Positions 1 to 9,724 of a stretch of DNA of 64,000 nucleotides are shown here, in pieces. The translations under genes were made by a program, and so were the position numbers. The notes beneath the pieces are model-generated. The model was not told the origin of the DNA. It saw only the letters and a list, made by a program, of their open reading frames with translations, and did no database searches. The first letter of the stretch is position 1. Each line of letters begins with the position of its first letter. Source of the DNA: an uncultured Maricaulis sp. (lineage in GTDB: Bacteria; Pseudomonadota; Alphaproteobacteria; Caulobacterales; Maricaulaceae). Location of the stretch: the NCBI GenBank assembly GCA_965228215.1, contig OZ245800.1:1599939-1663938 (forward strand). The letters are read 5' to 3'.

Positions 1-681
1 CGGATCGCCCGGACCGGCTCCGACCAGGTGCACAATGCCTGTAGACTCGCCCGTCTCGCCATTGAGTTCGCGCAGCATTTCGCGCCGTGCACCGGCGGTG
101 TCGCCGGACAGGGCGAGGTCACGGGCCTTGCCGCGCAGGGCGCGTTCCCAGAAAGCCCGGCGATCGTCGAACTTGTCGAAGACCGATTTCACCGTCGCGC
201 GCAGCTCACGGGCGAGGTCTGCGATGACGCCGATACGTGCGGGCAGGACGCGTTCGATCTCGGAGCGGATATCGACCGAGAGCACGGGCGCCGCACCGCC
301 GGATGCGACGGAGACGACGATCCCGTCACGATCGATCAGGGCCGGGGTCTGGAAATCGGACCCGGCCGGGGAGTCGACGATATTGACCATGGCGCCCAGG
401 CCGCGGGCCTGTCGCGCCAGGCGGGCGATGGTGAGATCGTCACCGCCCGCAATGAAAACCAGGGTCGCGCCACGAAGATCCCGCCGGTTCGGCTCCCGGC
501 GGATGAGCTGCGCATATTGGGCGATATCCGCAGCGACAGGATCGTCATTGGCACCGGTGAACCACTTCAACCGGGCCGGGGAGTCGAGGAACAGGCGTGC
601 CTTTGCCTCGGCCATGGGGCCATGGCCGATGACGATGACGGTTGATCCTTCCAGAGGGATGGAGGCCGGAAATACACGCAT
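1..681 (-). CDS. cysG: siroheme synthase CysG, 5' part only (runs off the left edge)
   Basis: Not in the ORF track because there is no stop in the window. Manual translation from ATG at 681 gives MRVFPASIPLEGSTVIVIGHGPMAEAKARLF...MVNIVDSPAGSDFQTPALIDRDGIVVSVASGGAAPVL...RRAFWE...GIVHLVGAGPGDP. This is the dehydrogenase/chelatase module followed by the start of the SUMT domain (VGAGPGDP). Confidence 0.88.
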   Translation of the reverse strand, partial: MRVFPASIPLEGSTVIVIGHGPMAEAKARLFLDSPARLKWFTGANDDPVAADIAQYAQLIRREPNRRDLRGATLVFIAGGDDLTIARLARQARGLGAMVNIVDSPAGSDFQTPALIDRDGIVVSVASGGAAPVLSVDIRSEIERVLPARIGVIADLARELRATVKSVFDKFDDRRAFWERALRGKARDLALSGDTAGARREMLRELNGETGESTGIVHLVGAGPGDP

Positions 682-774
682 TGCTCTGATCCAATCCTGC
701 GCCTTCGTGGCGCGACGGATTGAATATTTCTATTGATTGTGCTCATTACAAACGACGATTTATGGGTTTTGGGT

Positions 775-787
775 TTAGAAAAACTAA
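775..787. promoter_or_regulatory. LysR-type operator (T-N11-A dyad)
   Basis: TTAG-AAAAA-CTAA inverted repeat in the AT-rich divergent spacer, just upstream of the LysR start codon. Confidence 0.5.
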
Positions 788-790
788 TCA

Positions 791-1726
791 ATGTCCGGAT
801 CCTCGCGCCTCCCTCCGCTGAACTCCCTGCGTGCCTTCGAAGCGGCAGCGCGGCTCGAGAGTTTCTCCCGTGCCGCGGACGAGCTGTCCGTCACGCCCGG
901 AGCGATCAGCCAGCAGATCCGGCAATTGGAGGATCATGTCGGCGCACCGCTCTTCATCCGGCAGGGCCGCACTCTGAGTCTCACCGATGCCGGTCGTGCC
1001 GCCGCCAACACCACGTCGGACGCGTTCGAACTGCTCGAGCGCGCCGTCGCCATCATGCGTCAGCCGGCGCAGAAACGCCGGCTGACAGTGAGTGTCGCAC
1101 CGTCCTTCGCCGGCAAATGGCTGGCGCCGCGCCTGCACCGTTTCCAGGAGCGAGCACCGGAAATCGAGGTCTGGATCTCCGCTGCCAGCGAGCGCGTGGA
1201 TCTCGCCGCCGGTGCTGCGGATCTCGCCATCCGTTACGGGCCCGGTGGTGATCTGACCATCGAGGAAGACCGCCTGCTGTCGGAGGAGGTCCTGCCAGTC
1301 TGCAGTCCGGACCTGCTTCGGGACAGCGAGCCGATCCGCCAGCCGCGGGACCTGGCCGCCCACACCCTGCTGCACGATGCCTCGCCAGAGAGCGATGTCG
1401 ACGGCGCCGATTGGGGTGCCTGGCTTGCGGCGCGCCGCATCCGGGGGCTGGAGACCAGCGGCGGGGTGAGGTTCAACCAGTCCGCCCTGGTGATCGATGC
1501 GGCGGTTGCCGGTCGGGGCATCGCCCTGGCCAAGCGGGCGCTCGCGCAAAACGACCTGGCGTCCGGTCGACTGGTGGCGCTCTTCCCGGACGGGGTCTCG
1601 CCGGTGCGCTCGGCCTATCACATCGCCACGGCCCGGAACCGCCCGCTCAGCTCGGATGCCCAGGCCTTCATCGCCTGGCTGAAAGACGAGGCCCGCCATC
1701 ACGAGGCCGGGCTGGACGAGTTGTAG
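791..1726 (+). CDS. LysR-family transcriptional regulator (GcvA-like)
   Basis: LPPLNSLRAFEAAARLESFSRAADELSVTPGAISQQIRQLE helix-turn-helix; FAGKWLAPRLHRF; DLAIRYG; GRGIALA. Confidence 0.92.
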   Translation: MSGSSRLPPLNSLRAFEAAARLESFSRAADELSVTPGAISQQIRQLEDHVGAPLFIRQGRTLSLTDAGRAAANTTSDAFELLERAVAIMRQPAQKRRLTVSVAPSFAGKWLAPRLHRFQERAPEIEVWISAASERVDLAAGAADLAIRYGPGGDLTIEEDRLLSEEVLPVCSPDLLRDSEPIRQPRDLAAHTLLHDASPESDVDGADWGAWLAARRIRGLETSGGVRFNQSALVIDAAVAGRGIALAKRALAQNDLASGRLVALFPDGVSPVRSAYHIATARNRPLSSDAQAFIAWLKDEARHHEAGLDEL

Positions 1727-1774
1727 GGTGCCGGCTCGATCCGCTAGCCTTCGTCCAGCGAGAGGAGGCCGCCG

Positions 1775-2146
1775 ATGATCGGATATGCGACCCTGGGGAC
1801 AAACCGGTTCGAAGCGTCTGCCGAATTCTATGACGCGCTGCTGGCAGAGTTCGGCGCAACGCGCGTGATGGAAAGCGACACGACCATTATCTGGGCGACC
1901 GGGATGGACCAGCCCGCTCTTGCGATCATCAAGCCCTTCGACGGCAAGCCGGCGAGTGTCGGGAACGGGTCGATGATCGGTCTGGCCATGTCGGGCCGCG
2001 AGCAGGTCGAGGCGGTTCACGCCCTCGCCCTGGAGCTGGGTGGCACGAATGAGGGTGATCCGGGGGTGCGGGGCGAGGGCAGTTTCTACGCCGCCTATTT
2101 CCGCGATCCGGACGGCAACAAGCTCGCCCTGTTCCACATCGGCTGA
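1775..2146 (+). CDS. VOC/glyoxalase family protein
   Basis: MIGYATLGTN...FYDALL; GGTNEGDPGVRG; FYAAYFRDPDGNKL signature. Confidence 0.88.
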   Translation: MIGYATLGTNRFEASAEFYDALLAEFGATRVMESDTTIIWATGMDQPALAIIKPFDGKPASVGNGSMIGLAMSGREQVEAVHALALELGGTNEGDPGVRGEGSFYAAYFRDPDGNKLALFHIG

Positions 2147-2352
2147 GAGCAGGTTCACAACTGGTCTCGTTACCGATCACATTTTGCGACTCACTATCAT
2201 CCGCAAACATATGTGTCGCGGTGCACGGTTTTGCCCTGAAATCCGCTTGACCGGCAGGGTGGGGACGGTGCGAATATGCGCGGACTTGTCGGGCCTTTAG
2301 GGTCTTTTCGAGCCTGTTTATCCACCGGTGCAGGGACCGGGGTGGGGGAAGA

Positions 2353-4149
2353 ATGAAGCCGACGAATACCAATGATCCGGACTATTTCCACAAGGTGGTG
2401 GATTGCCAGTGGGCCTGCCCGGCCCACACTCCCGTGCCGGAATATATCCGGCTGATCGCGCAAGGGCGTTTCACCGACGCCTATATGGTCAACCGCCGTT
2501 CCAACGTGTTTCCGGGCATTCTCGGACGCGTCTGTGACCGCCCGTGCGAGCCGGCCTGCCGGCGCGGCCGGGTGGAAGAGGAACCGGTCGCCATCTGCCG
2601 TCTCAAGCGGGTCGCCGCGGATCATCGCGACGAGGTCTCGCACCTCATCCCGCCGAAACCGGCCAATACCAATGGCAAGAAGATCGCGCTGATCGGCGCG
2701 GGGCCCGCCTCGCTGACAGTCGCCAATGATCTCGCTCCGCTGGGCTATGCATGCACGGTTTTCGAGGCGCATCACCGCGCCGGTGGTCTGATGATCTCCA
2801 ACATCCCCTCCTTCCGCCTGCCGGAGGAAGTGCTGGATGAAGAGATCGGCTATATCGAGAATATGGGTGTCGACATCCGGCTCAATCACCGGATCAACAG
2901 CCTCAAGGACCTTCTGGCGGAAGGCTATGACGCCGTCTTCGTCGGTTCCGGTGCCCCGAAGGGCAAGGACCTCAAGATCGAGGGCCGCGAAGAGGCTGCC
3001 GCCAACATCCATATCGGTATCGACTGGCTGGAAGCCGTCGCTTTCGAGCACACAGACAAGATCGGCGACCGCGTCCTGATCATCGGTGTCGGCAATACCG
3101 CGATGGATTGCTGCCGGACCTCGCTGCGCCTGGGTGCCAGCGATGTGAAGGTCATGGCCCGCAAGCCGCGTGAATTCTTCAAGGCCTCGCCCTGGGAGCT
3201 GGAAGACGCCGAGGACGAGAATGTCGACATCGTCGTCAATCACTCGCCCAAGCGTTTCGTCGTCGAGAACGGCAAGCTGACGGGCATGGAATTCGAGCTC
3301 ATGGAATACGAGCTCGACGAACGCGGCCGCATCACCGAGACGCGGACCGTCGGCACCAAGATCATCCCGTGCGACGACGTGATCCTGGCGATCGGCCAGG
3401 AAAATGCCTTCCCCTGGATCGAGCGCGATATCGGTATCGAGTTCGACAAATGGGGCGTGCCGGTCGTTGACGAGACGACCTACCAGTCGACGCTGGACGG
3501 CGTGTTCTTCGGCGGCGACAGCGCCTTCGGTCCCAAGAACATCATCTGGGCGGTCGAGCACGGCCACCAGGCCGCGATATCGATCCACAAGCATTGCGAA
3601 GGCAAGTCGATCGAGGACCGCCTGCCGCGCGGCGTCAATCTGGCCTCGGCCAAGATGGGCGTGAACGAGTGGCAGTATTCGAACGCGTTCGACGCCTCCG
3701 ACCGCCGCGAAATGCCGATGGTCGAACTCGACAGCCGGTTCAAGAACCTGGTCACCGAGGTGGAACTGGGCTTCACCGGCGAGCAGATCCTCACTGAGGT
3801 CCAGCGCTGTCTGAACTGCGATGTCCAGACCGTGTTCGAGGCGCCGCTCTGCAAGGAATGCGATGCCTGCCTCGACATCTGCCCGGTGGATTGCCTGTCG
3901 ATTGTCGAGAACGGCGAGGAAGCGGATCTCCGGACCCGGCTCAAGGCGCCGGCCAAGAATCTGGACCAGGACCTCTACGTCTCCGAACCGCTCAAGGATA
4001 CCGGCCGGGTGATGGTGAAGGACGAGGATCTCTGCCTGCATTGCGGCCTGTGCGCCGAACGCTGTCCGACCGCCGCCTGGGACATGCAGGACGCGGATAT
4101 ATTCATTCCTCACGTGCGTGAGGAAGCTGATGGAGTAGCGGCGGAATGA
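2353..4149 (+). CDS. GltD-like FAD/NAD(P)-dependent oxidoreductase with C-terminal 2[4Fe-4S] ferredoxin domain (KorC-like gamma subunit)
   Basis: CQWACPAH and GRVCDRPCEPAC Fe-S motifs; GAGPAS FAD site; GVGNTAMDC NAD(P) site; RCLNC; CKECDACLDICP and CLHCGLCAERCP ferredoxin motifs. Confidence 0.88.
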   Translation: MKPTNTNDPDYFHKVVDCQWACPAHTPVPEYIRLIAQGRFTDAYMVNRRSNVFPGILGRVCDRPCEPACRRGRVEEEPVAICRLKRVAADHRDEVSHLIPPKPANTNGKKIALIGAGPASLTVANDLAPLGYACTVFEAHHRAGGLMISNIPSFRLPEEVLDEEIGYIENMGVDIRLNHRINSLKDLLAEGYDAVFVGSGAPKGKDLKIEGREEAAANIHIGIDWLEAVAFEHTDKIGDRVLIIGVGNTAMDCCRTSLRLGASDVKVMARKPREFFKASPWELEDAEDENVDIVVNHSPKRFVVENGKLTGMEFELMEYELDERGRITETRTVGTKIIPCDDVILAIGQENAFPWIERDIGIEFDKWGVPVVDETTYQSTLDGVFFGGDSAFGPKNIIWAVEHGHQAAISIHKHCEGKSIEDRLPRGVNLASAKMGVNEWQYSNAFDASDRREMPMVELDSRFKNLVTEVELGFTGEQILTEVQRCLNCDVQTVFEAPLCKECDACLDICPVDCLSIVENGEEADLRTRLKAPAKNLDQDLYVSEPLKDTGRVMVKDEDLCLHCGLCAERCPTAAWDMQDADIFIPHVREEADGVAAE

Positions 4150-5975
4150 AAGATGTCGCCGACAATATGACCCAATCCCGCGTCAATGACTTCGTTATCA
4201 AGATCGGCAATGTGAACGGCACCGGCTCGGCCAGTGCCAACGGCCTGTTGATGAAGGCGATCTTCCGCATGGGCGTGCCCGTGGTCGGCAAGAACCTCTT
4301 TCCGTCCAACATCCAGGGCCTGCCGACCTGGTACGAGATCCGCCTGACCAAGGACGGCTATATGGCCCGCTCCGGCTCGGCCGATTTCGTGGTGGCCATG
4401 AATGCCGAGACCTATGCGCAGGACCTCGCCGAGGTCTCGCCGGGCGGTTACCTCCTCTATGACAGCACCTGGCCCAGGCCGGATCTGCACGACCGCGCCG
4501 ACATCACGGCGATCGGCGTGCCGCTGGCGCGCATGTGCAATGCCGAGTTCGACAATGCCCGGACCCGGGTGCTGATGAAGAACATGGCCTATGTCGGTGC
4601 CGTCGCCGGTCTGACCGGCATGGATATCGAGATCATCCGCGGCATGGTCGAGGAAATGTTCGGCACCAAGGCACACCTGATCGAAGCGAATATGAAGGCG
4701 ATCAATCTGGGCCTGGACTATGTGCGCGAACACTATCCGGATCCGCTGCCGCTGCGCGTCGAGCCGATGGACCAGACCGCCGGCCACATCATGATCGACG
4801 GCAATACGGCGGCCGCGCTCGGCTGTGTCTATGCCGGAGCGACCTTCGGCGCCTGGTATCCGATCACGCCCTCGACCTCCCTGATGGACGGGTTCAAGGG
4901 GTTCTGTGAAAAGCTGCGCGTTGATCCGGAAACCGGCGAGAAGAAATTCTGCATTATCCAGGCCGAGGACGAGCTCGCCTCGATCGGCATGGCCATCGGT
5001 GCCGGCTGGAACGGCGCGCGTTCCTTCACCCCGACCTCCGGTCCGGGCATTTCCCTGATGAGCGAATTCATCGGCTTTGCCTATTACGGCGAGGTGCCGG
5101 TGGTGTTGTTCGACGTCCAGCGAGCCGGACCATCGACCGGTCTGCCGACGCGGACCCAGCAATGCGATCTCACCCTGGCGGCCTATGCCAGCCATGGCGA
5201 CACCAAACACATCCTTCTCTTCCCGGCGGATCCGAAGGAATGTTTCGACATGGCGGTCCTGTCCTTCGATCTGGCCGAACGTTTCCAGACGCCGGTCTTC
5301 TTCATGACGGATCTCGATATCGGCATGAATGACTGGATGGTTCCGGAATTCGACTGGGATGACAGCTATCAGCCCGACCGGGGCAAGGTCCTGTCGGCCG
5401 AGGATCTGGAAGCGATGGAGAAATTCTATCGCTACGAGGATCGCGACGGCGACGCCATTCCCTACCGGACCATTCCGGGCGTGCATCCGAAGGGCGCCTA
5501 TTTCACCCGCGGTTCCGGCCATAACTGGAAGGGCGGCTATACCGAGGACAGCGATGAGTACAAGGAAGTGCTCGACCGTCTGACGCAGAAGTGGAAGAAC
5601 GCCGCCGATCACGTGCCCGCACCGGTCATCGTCGAGGCGGCCCAGCCCACGCGGCGCGCCATCATCTCGGTCGGGGGTTGTGACGGTGCTGTCCTGGAAG
5701 CGCTCGACCGGCTGTCCGAACAGGGCGTGCATGTGAGCTATCTCCGCGTCCGCGGTTTCCCGTTTAACGCCGAGGTGGACGCCTTCATCGACGCCCATGA
5801 CGAGGTCTTCGTGGTCGAGCAGAACCGGGACGCGCAATTGCGAACCCTGCTGGTCAACGAGACGTCCGCCAGCAAGGACAAGCTGATCTCCGTGCTGGAC
5901 TATGCCGGCATGGCCGCCAATCCGAAATTCGTGGTCGAGGGCATCATGGCGCACCTCGAGCTGGAGGAGGCCTGA
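4146..5975 (+). CDS. 2-oxoacid:acceptor oxidoreductase alpha subunit (gamma-alpha fusion, KorA-like)
   Basis: N-terminal IGNVNGTGSAS gamma domain; YPITPST; QAEDELASIGMAIGA; TSGPGISLM; QRAGPSTGLPT; VVEQNRDAQL. ATGA overlap with the upstream gene. Confidence 0.92.
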   Translation: MKDVADNMTQSRVNDFVIKIGNVNGTGSASANGLLMKAIFRMGVPVVGKNLFPSNIQGLPTWYEIRLTKDGYMARSGSADFVVAMNAETYAQDLAEVSPGGYLLYDSTWPRPDLHDRADITAIGVPLARMCNAEFDNARTRVLMKNMAYVGAVAGLTGMDIEIIRGMVEEMFGTKAHLIEANMKAINLGLDYVREHYPDPLPLRVEPMDQTAGHIMIDGNTAAALGCVYAGATFGAWYPITPSTSLMDGFKGFCEKLRVDPETGEKKFCIIQAEDELASIGMAIGAGWNGARSFTPTSGPGISLMSEFIGFAYYGEVPVVLFDVQRAGPSTGLPTRTQQCDLTLAAYASHGDTKHILLFPADPKECFDMAVLSFDLAERFQTPVFFMTDLDIGMNDWMVPEFDWDDSYQPDRGKVLSAEDLEAMEKFYRYEDRDGDAIPYRTIPGVHPKGAYFTRGSGHNWKGGYTEDSDEYKEVLDRLTQKWKNAADHVPAPVIVEAAQPTRRAIISVGGCDGAVLEALDRLSEQGVHVSYLRVRGFPFNAEVDAFIDAHDEVFVVEQNRDAQLRTLLVNETSASKDKLISVLDYAGMAANPKFVVEGIMAHLELEEA

Positions 5976-5976
5976 C

Positions 5977-7032
5977 ATGACCTCGATGCCCAAACCGCTG
6001 ATCGACAAACACCTCCCGCGCAATGGTCGCGGACTGACGGTGCGTGATTATGAAGGCGTGATGTCGACGCTCTGCGCCGGTTGCGGCCACGACTCGGTGA
6101 CCGCCGCGCTGGTCCATGCCTTCTGGGAGCTGGACCTGGCACCGGAAAGCGCCGCCAAGGTGTCCGGTATCGGCTGTTCGTCCAAGACGACCGCCTATTT
6201 CATGGGTCAGTCGCACGGCATCAATTGCGTGCATGGCCGGATGCCGTCCGTGGCGACGGGCGCCAATGCCGTGAATGATGATCTGCATTACATCGGAATT
6301 TCCGGTGACGGCGATTCCCTGTCGATCGGTTTCGGCCAGTTCGCTCATGCGATCCGACGCAATCTCAACATGCTATACATCATTGAAAATAATGGTGTTT
6401 ACGGGTTGACCAAGGGGCAATTCTCGGCGTCGGCCGATATCGGCACGAAATCGAAAAAGGGCATCGCCAACGAACAACCGCCGATCGATCCCTGCGTCCA
6501 GGCCCTGACCCTGGGTGCCGGTTTCGTGGCCCGCGGATTCTCGGGCGACAAATCCCAGCTCATCCCGCTGATCAAGGCCGGGCTGATGCATAAGGGTTTC
6601 GCGCTGATCGACGTGGTCTCGCCCTGCGTGACCTTCAACGACCATGCCGGGTCCACGAAGAGCTACGCCCATACCTACAAGTATTATCACCCGATGGTGC
6701 ATACCGATTTCGTGGCCGAGGCTGAAGCGATCACGGGCGAATATGCCGAAGATGGCGTGATGCAGGTCCAGATGCATGACGGCACCTATCTGCAATTGCG
6801 CAAGGTGAAGGACGATTACGATCCTCGCGATCGCGGCCAGGCCATCGAGACGCTGATGCAAGCGGGCGAGAACGATCCGGAAGTGAAGACCGGCCTGCTC
6901 TATCACTGCGAGGACCAGCCGGACATGCATGCCGCGAACAATCTGCCGAAGACACCTCTGAATGCGCTGCCCTTCGACCAACTCAATCCGGGGTCCGCAG
7001 CCCTCAAGAAACTCCAGGCACGCTATCGCTGA
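5977..7032 (+). CDS. 2-oxoacid:ferredoxin oxidoreductase beta subunit (KorB-like)
   Basis: STLCAGCGH; SGIGCSSK; HGRMPSVATG; TPP motif GDGD...ENNGVYGLTKGQFS; VSPCVTFN. Start taken as the ATG at 5977, 1 nt after the alpha stop. Confidence 0.92.
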   Translation: MTSMPKPLIDKHLPRNGRGLTVRDYEGVMSTLCAGCGHDSVTAALVHAFWELDLAPESAAKVSGIGCSSKTTAYFMGQSHGINCVHGRMPSVATGANAVNDDLHYIGISGDGDSLSIGFGQFAHAIRRNLNMLYIIENNGVYGLTKGQFSASADIGTKSKKGIANEQPPIDPCVQALTLGAGFVARGFSGDKSQLIPLIKAGLMHKGFALIDVVSPCVTFNDHAGSTKSYAHTYKYYHPMVHTDFVAEAEAITGEYAEDGVMQVQMHDGTYLQLRKVKDDYDPRDRGQAIETLMQAGENDPEVKTGLLYHCEDQPDMHAANNLPKTPLNALPFDQLNPGSAALKKLQARYR

Positions 7033-7054
7033 TTTCGCTACGGCGTGAAGCCCG

Positions 7055-7660
7055 TCAGCCGATCCTGTCAATGACGGGGTCGTCGCCGTCTGCTTCGCGG
7101 CGGGCGGTGAAGTCTGTTGCCGCGATCTCGTTCAAGCTGATGTGCAAGAACCAGTGGGCCGCCTCATCGCGCACCGGTGAGTGATTGACCTGCCAGCAGG
7201 TGTCGCCCTCCTGCCAGAGACCTCGAGCTCCGGCGATATGCCCGTCCCGCAAGCCTGCGTCGAACAGGAGAACGGCCTGGCGGCAGAGTTCGCTCAGCCC
7301 GGTATCGTTCAGGTCTCCGAGTACCCCCAGTCCGGGAACGCGGGCCTGCAGGCCCGGGCTGGCCGCGACCACCACGAGCGCGTCCTCGGTCCGGTCGAGA
7401 ACAAGGCAATCGAAGGGGCTGAACCGCACAGATGAGAGGAAATCATCGAAGACGGCGCGGGTGCGCGGGTTCTCGCACAGGCGCTGGATGGCCTCGGCAA
7501 CCTTGGGTGAGGGGGTGGCGGAGCCGGCTTCGATACGCGAAATATAGGTCTGGCTGACGCCGGTCAGTTCGGCGAGAGCCCCCTGGTTCAGGCGGAGGCG
7601 GGTGCGGAGGTAACGTACTGTTTTCGCCCAATCCATTGCCGTCATTTCGCGAAAGTTCAA
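7055..7660 (-). CDS. XRE-family HTH regulator with C-terminal PAS-like domain
   Basis: WAKTVRYLRTRLRLNQGALAELTGVSQTYISRIEAG HTH_3; the C-terminal SPFDCLVLD...VVAASPGL segment resembles the three paralogs at 15.5-17.5 kb. The start may be the ATG at 7636. Confidence 0.8.
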   Translation of the reverse strand: MNFREMTAMDWAKTVRYLRTRLRLNQGALAELTGVSQTYISRIEAGSATPSPKVAEAIQRLCENPRTRAVFDDFLSSVRFSPFDCLVLDRTEDALVVVAASPGLQARVPGLGVLGDLNDTGLSELCRQAVLLFDAGLRDGHIAGARGLWQEGDTCWQVNHSPVRDEAAHWFLHISLNEIAATDFTARREADGDDPVIDRIG

Positions 7661-7745
7661 ACCAATTTGGTACTCCTGATTTGTAGGTCGCGGCCGTTCG
7701 GTTTGGCAATTGCAAAATATGAATAAGTTATCAGATCAGACACAG

Positions 7746-7775
7746 GAAACCCGGCGGCCGGAACCGCCGGGTTTC
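7746..7775. terminator. intrinsic terminator downstream of fhs
   Basis: GAAACCCGGCGG-ccggaa-CCGCCGGGTTTC perfect 12-bp stem, 23 nt past the fhs stop. Confidence 0.75.
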
Positions 7776-7798
7776 GCCTGGGTTGTATTTGGTTGCGA

Positions 7799-9469
7799 TC
7801 AGAACAATCCGACGACCTGGCCCTCGTCATCCAGACCGATGCCCTCCGCAGACGGCACCCGGGGCAGGCCCGGCATTGTCATGATCTGACCGCAGATCAC
7901 CACGATGAAACCGGCGCCGGCCGACAGGCGGACTTCGCGGACCGGCACGGAGTGATTGGACGGTGCCCCGCGCAGATTGGGATCAGTCGAGAAACTGTAC
8001 TGGGTCTTCGCCATGCACACGGGCAGATGCCCGAAACCGGCCTCTTCCCATTGCCGCAACTGGTCGCGGATCTTCTTGTCCGCCAGAACTTCATCGGCCC
8101 GGTAGATCTGCTTGGCCACGGCCTCGATCTTCTCGAACAGGCTGAGCTCGTCGCGATAGAGCGGCGCGAATTGTGCGACACCGCCGTCGATCATCTCGAC
8201 CAGGCGCGTTGCGAGTGCTTCCGTGCCGGCGGAACCGTCGGCCCAGTGACGGCACAGCACCGCCTCGCTGCCCATGCTCTCGACATAGGCCCGTAGCGCC
8301 TCGACCTCGGCGTCCGTGTCACTGGAGAAGTGATTGATCGCGACGATGGCCGGTACGCCGAACTTGCGGACATTCTCGATATGGCGACCGAGATTGGCGC
8401 AGCCCTTCTTGAGCGCCTCGACATTCTCCTCGCCCAGCGCGTCCTTGCTGACGCCGCCATTCATCTTCAGCGCGCGGATGGTGGCCACGATGACCACTGC
8501 CTCCGGCGCAAGACCGGCCTTGCGACACTTGATGTCGAAGAATTTCTCTGCACCAAGATCCGCGCCGAACCCGGCTTCCGTTACGACATAATCGGCCAGT
8601 TTCAGCGCCGACCTGGTGGCGATGACCGAATTGCAGCCATGAGCGATATTCGCGAACGGACCGCCATGGATGAAGGCGGGGTTGTTCTCGAGCGTCTGCA
8701 CGAGATTGGGCTGGAGGGCGGTCTTGAGCAGGACCGTCATTGCGCCGTCCGCCTTGATGTCGCGGCAGGTCACCGGAGACCGGTCGCGGCGATAGGCGAC
8801 AATGATATTGCCCAGCCGTTCCTGCAGGTCTTCCAGATCATTGGCCAGGCAGAGAATGGCCATGATCTCGGACGCGACGGTGATGTCGAACCCGGCCTCG
8901 GACGGAAAGCCGTTCGCGACGCCGCCGAGCGAACTGACGATCTCGCGCAGGGCCCGGTCATTCATGTCCAGGACGCGTTTCCAGACCACGCGGCGTTGGT
9001 CGATCTCCAGCGCATTGCCCCAGTAGATATGGTTGTCGATCATCGCCGACAGGAGATTGTGCGCCGAGGTGATGGCGTGGAAGTCGCCGGTGAAGTGGAG
9101 ATTGATATCCTCCATGGGCACGACCTGGGCGAACCCGCCGCCGGCAGCCCCGCCCTTCATGCCGAAACACGGGCCCAGCGAGGGTTCGCGAATGCAGATG
9201 GCGGCCTTCTTGCCGATCCGGTTGAGCGCATCGCCCAGTCCGACGGTGGTGGTGGTCTTTCCCTCGCCTGCCGGCGTGGGGTTTACGGCGGTGACGAGGA
9301 TAAGCTTGCCGTCCGGCCTGTCCTTCAGACCGGCGATATAGTCCGCCTTGAGCTTGGCCTTGTCATCGCCGTACTGCGCGAGGGCACTGGCCGGAATTTC
9401 CAGCTTTTGTGCCACGTCCCCGATCGGCAGCATGCTGGCTGCGCGCGCGATTTCGATATCGCTCTTCAT
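7799..9469 (-). CDS. fhs: formate--tetrahydrofolate ligase
   Basis: MKSDIEIA; [10 protein letters not shown]; [19 protein letters not shown]; [15 protein letters not shown]; [14 protein letters not shown]; MTMPGLP. 556 aa. Confidence 0.97.
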   Translation of the reverse strand: MKSDIEIARAASMLPIGDVAQKLEIPASALAQYGDDKAKLKADYIAGLKDRPDGKLILVTAVNPTPAGEGKTTTTVGLGDALNRIGKKAAICIREPSLGPCFGMKGGAAGGGFAQVVPMEDINLHFTGDFHAITSAHNLLSAMIDNHIYWGNALEIDQRRVVWKRVLDMNDRALREIVSSLGGVANGFPSEAGFDITVASEIMAILCLANDLEDLQERLGNIIVAYRRDRSPVTCRDIKADGAMTVLLKTALQPNLVQTLENNPAFIHGGPFANIAHGCNSVIATRSALKLADYVVTEAGFGADLGAEKFFDIKCRKAGLAPEAVVIVATIRALKMNGGVSKDALGEENVEALKKGCANLGRHIENVRKFGVPAIVAINHFSSDTDAEVEALRAYVESMGSEAVLCRHWADGSAGTEALATRLVEMIDGGVAQFAPLYRDELSLFEKIEAVAKQIYRADEVLADKKIRDQLRQWEEAGFGHLPVCMAKTQYSFSTDPNLRGAPSNHSVPVREVRLSAGAGFIVVICGQIMTMPGLPRVPSAEGIGLDDEGQVVGLF

Positions 9470-9505
9470 GCGTTACGTCCCCTGTGGATGGATATTGTTA
9501 TCTGA

Positions 9506-9724
9506 TCAGTCAGCCGGCTCCGCGAGCTTGCGCAGGGCGGCCGCCACGACCGGTTTGAGCGCGTCCGGATCCGCGTCCAGCACAGCGAGTATCCCCTCGC
9601 GCATGCGCGGTTCCCAGAAACTGCGGATGTGACCGGCGATGCCCTCTATGGCCTCGTCCTCGGAATAGGGCTGGAAGAAATCGGCGATCTGGTTGGCCAT
9701 GCGAATGAGGGTCTGCTCATTCAT
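9506..9724 (-). CDS. fdsD: NAD-dependent formate dehydrogenase delta subunit
   Basis: LIRMANQIADFF...IAGHIRSFWEPRMR signature; 72 aa; ATGA overlap with fdhD. Confidence 0.92.
   Translation of the reverse strand: MNEQTLIRMANQIADFFQPYSEDEAIEGIAGHIRSFWEPRMREGILAVLDADPDALKPVVAAALRKLAEPAD

Noticed and set aside
28-736. Plus-strand ORFs 28-645 and 35-736 from the track
   Set aside because: The minus strand encodes a clear CysG N-terminus across this interval.
2146-2353. FNR/FixK box upstream of the 2-oxoacid oxidoreductase operon
   Set aside because: No TTGAT-N4-ATCAA match found.
2197-6023. 638-aa and 637-aa antisense ORFs over the oxidoreductase operon, and similar shadows over gspD, fdsA, argB and others
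   Set aside because: Typical high-GC antisense open frames with V/D/R/G-rich composition, fully overlapping well-supported genes.
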